A DNA stretch of 64,000 nt, from NCBI GenBank assembly GCA_002104905.1, contig MCFE01000487.1, forward strand, positions 1 through 64,000. The letters are read 5' to 3'. Positions within the stretch are counted from its first letter, which is position 1. Each line of letters opens with the position of its first letter. The notes below the pieces were generated by a model that saw nothing but the letters and a program-made list of their open reading frames with translations, was not told the DNA's origin and made no database searches. The DNA comes from Basidiobolus meristosporus CBS 931.73. Lineage: Eukaryota; Fungi; Basidiobolomycota. The position numbers were made by a program, and so were the translations under genes. Of this stretch, positions 63,846 through 64,000 are shown in pieces.

Positions 63846-64000
63846 GTTGTATCCAAGAGAAAAGTGTAATAAACCCATGAATGAGTTACCTGAATCTAAG
63901 TGACAACTAAGTGCAGAATCTTAGGATTGTCAAGGGTGACAGAAATATTAGCAGAGAAGTTCTGGTCTAATATTGGTTTTGTATATAGCTGAGTTGGGCT

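Overview
Eukaryotic, fungal genomic DNA: short GT-AG introns, Zn2Cys6 and C2H2 transcription factors, and a DHA2-type MFS transporter. An early-diverging lineage such as Basidiobolus is my inference, not proven. About 40% of the window is retroelement-derived: a nested pile of one Ty1/copia family (about 14 copies or fragments of a ~349-bp LTR, and one full-length copy at 2808-7492), chromovirus (Ty3/gypsy) remnants, LINE fragments and several unrelated solo LTRs. Host genes include two paralogous C2H2 factors, a MAK/ICK/Ime2-type kinase, a WW-domain Gly/Gln-rich protein, a small secreted protein, an MFS + Zn2Cys6 pair, a RanBP2-finger ORF, three secreted Gly/Tyr-rich repeat proteins, three tRNA genes, a truncated protoglobin-type gene and an intronless bacterial-type CoA-disulfide reductase-rhodanese-TusA fusion. 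Top signals: (1) two unrelated solo LTRs each end 10 nt upstream of a tRNA gene, and a duplicated tRNA locus preserves the empty site, suggesting Pol III-targeted retrotransposons; (2) a likely bacteria-to-fungus horizontal transfer of a sulfur/redox enzyme; (3) candidate Kex2-processed Tyr/Asp-rich peptide precursors co-duplicated with a tRNA-Arg gene. All coordinates were read by eye, and no database searches were run.
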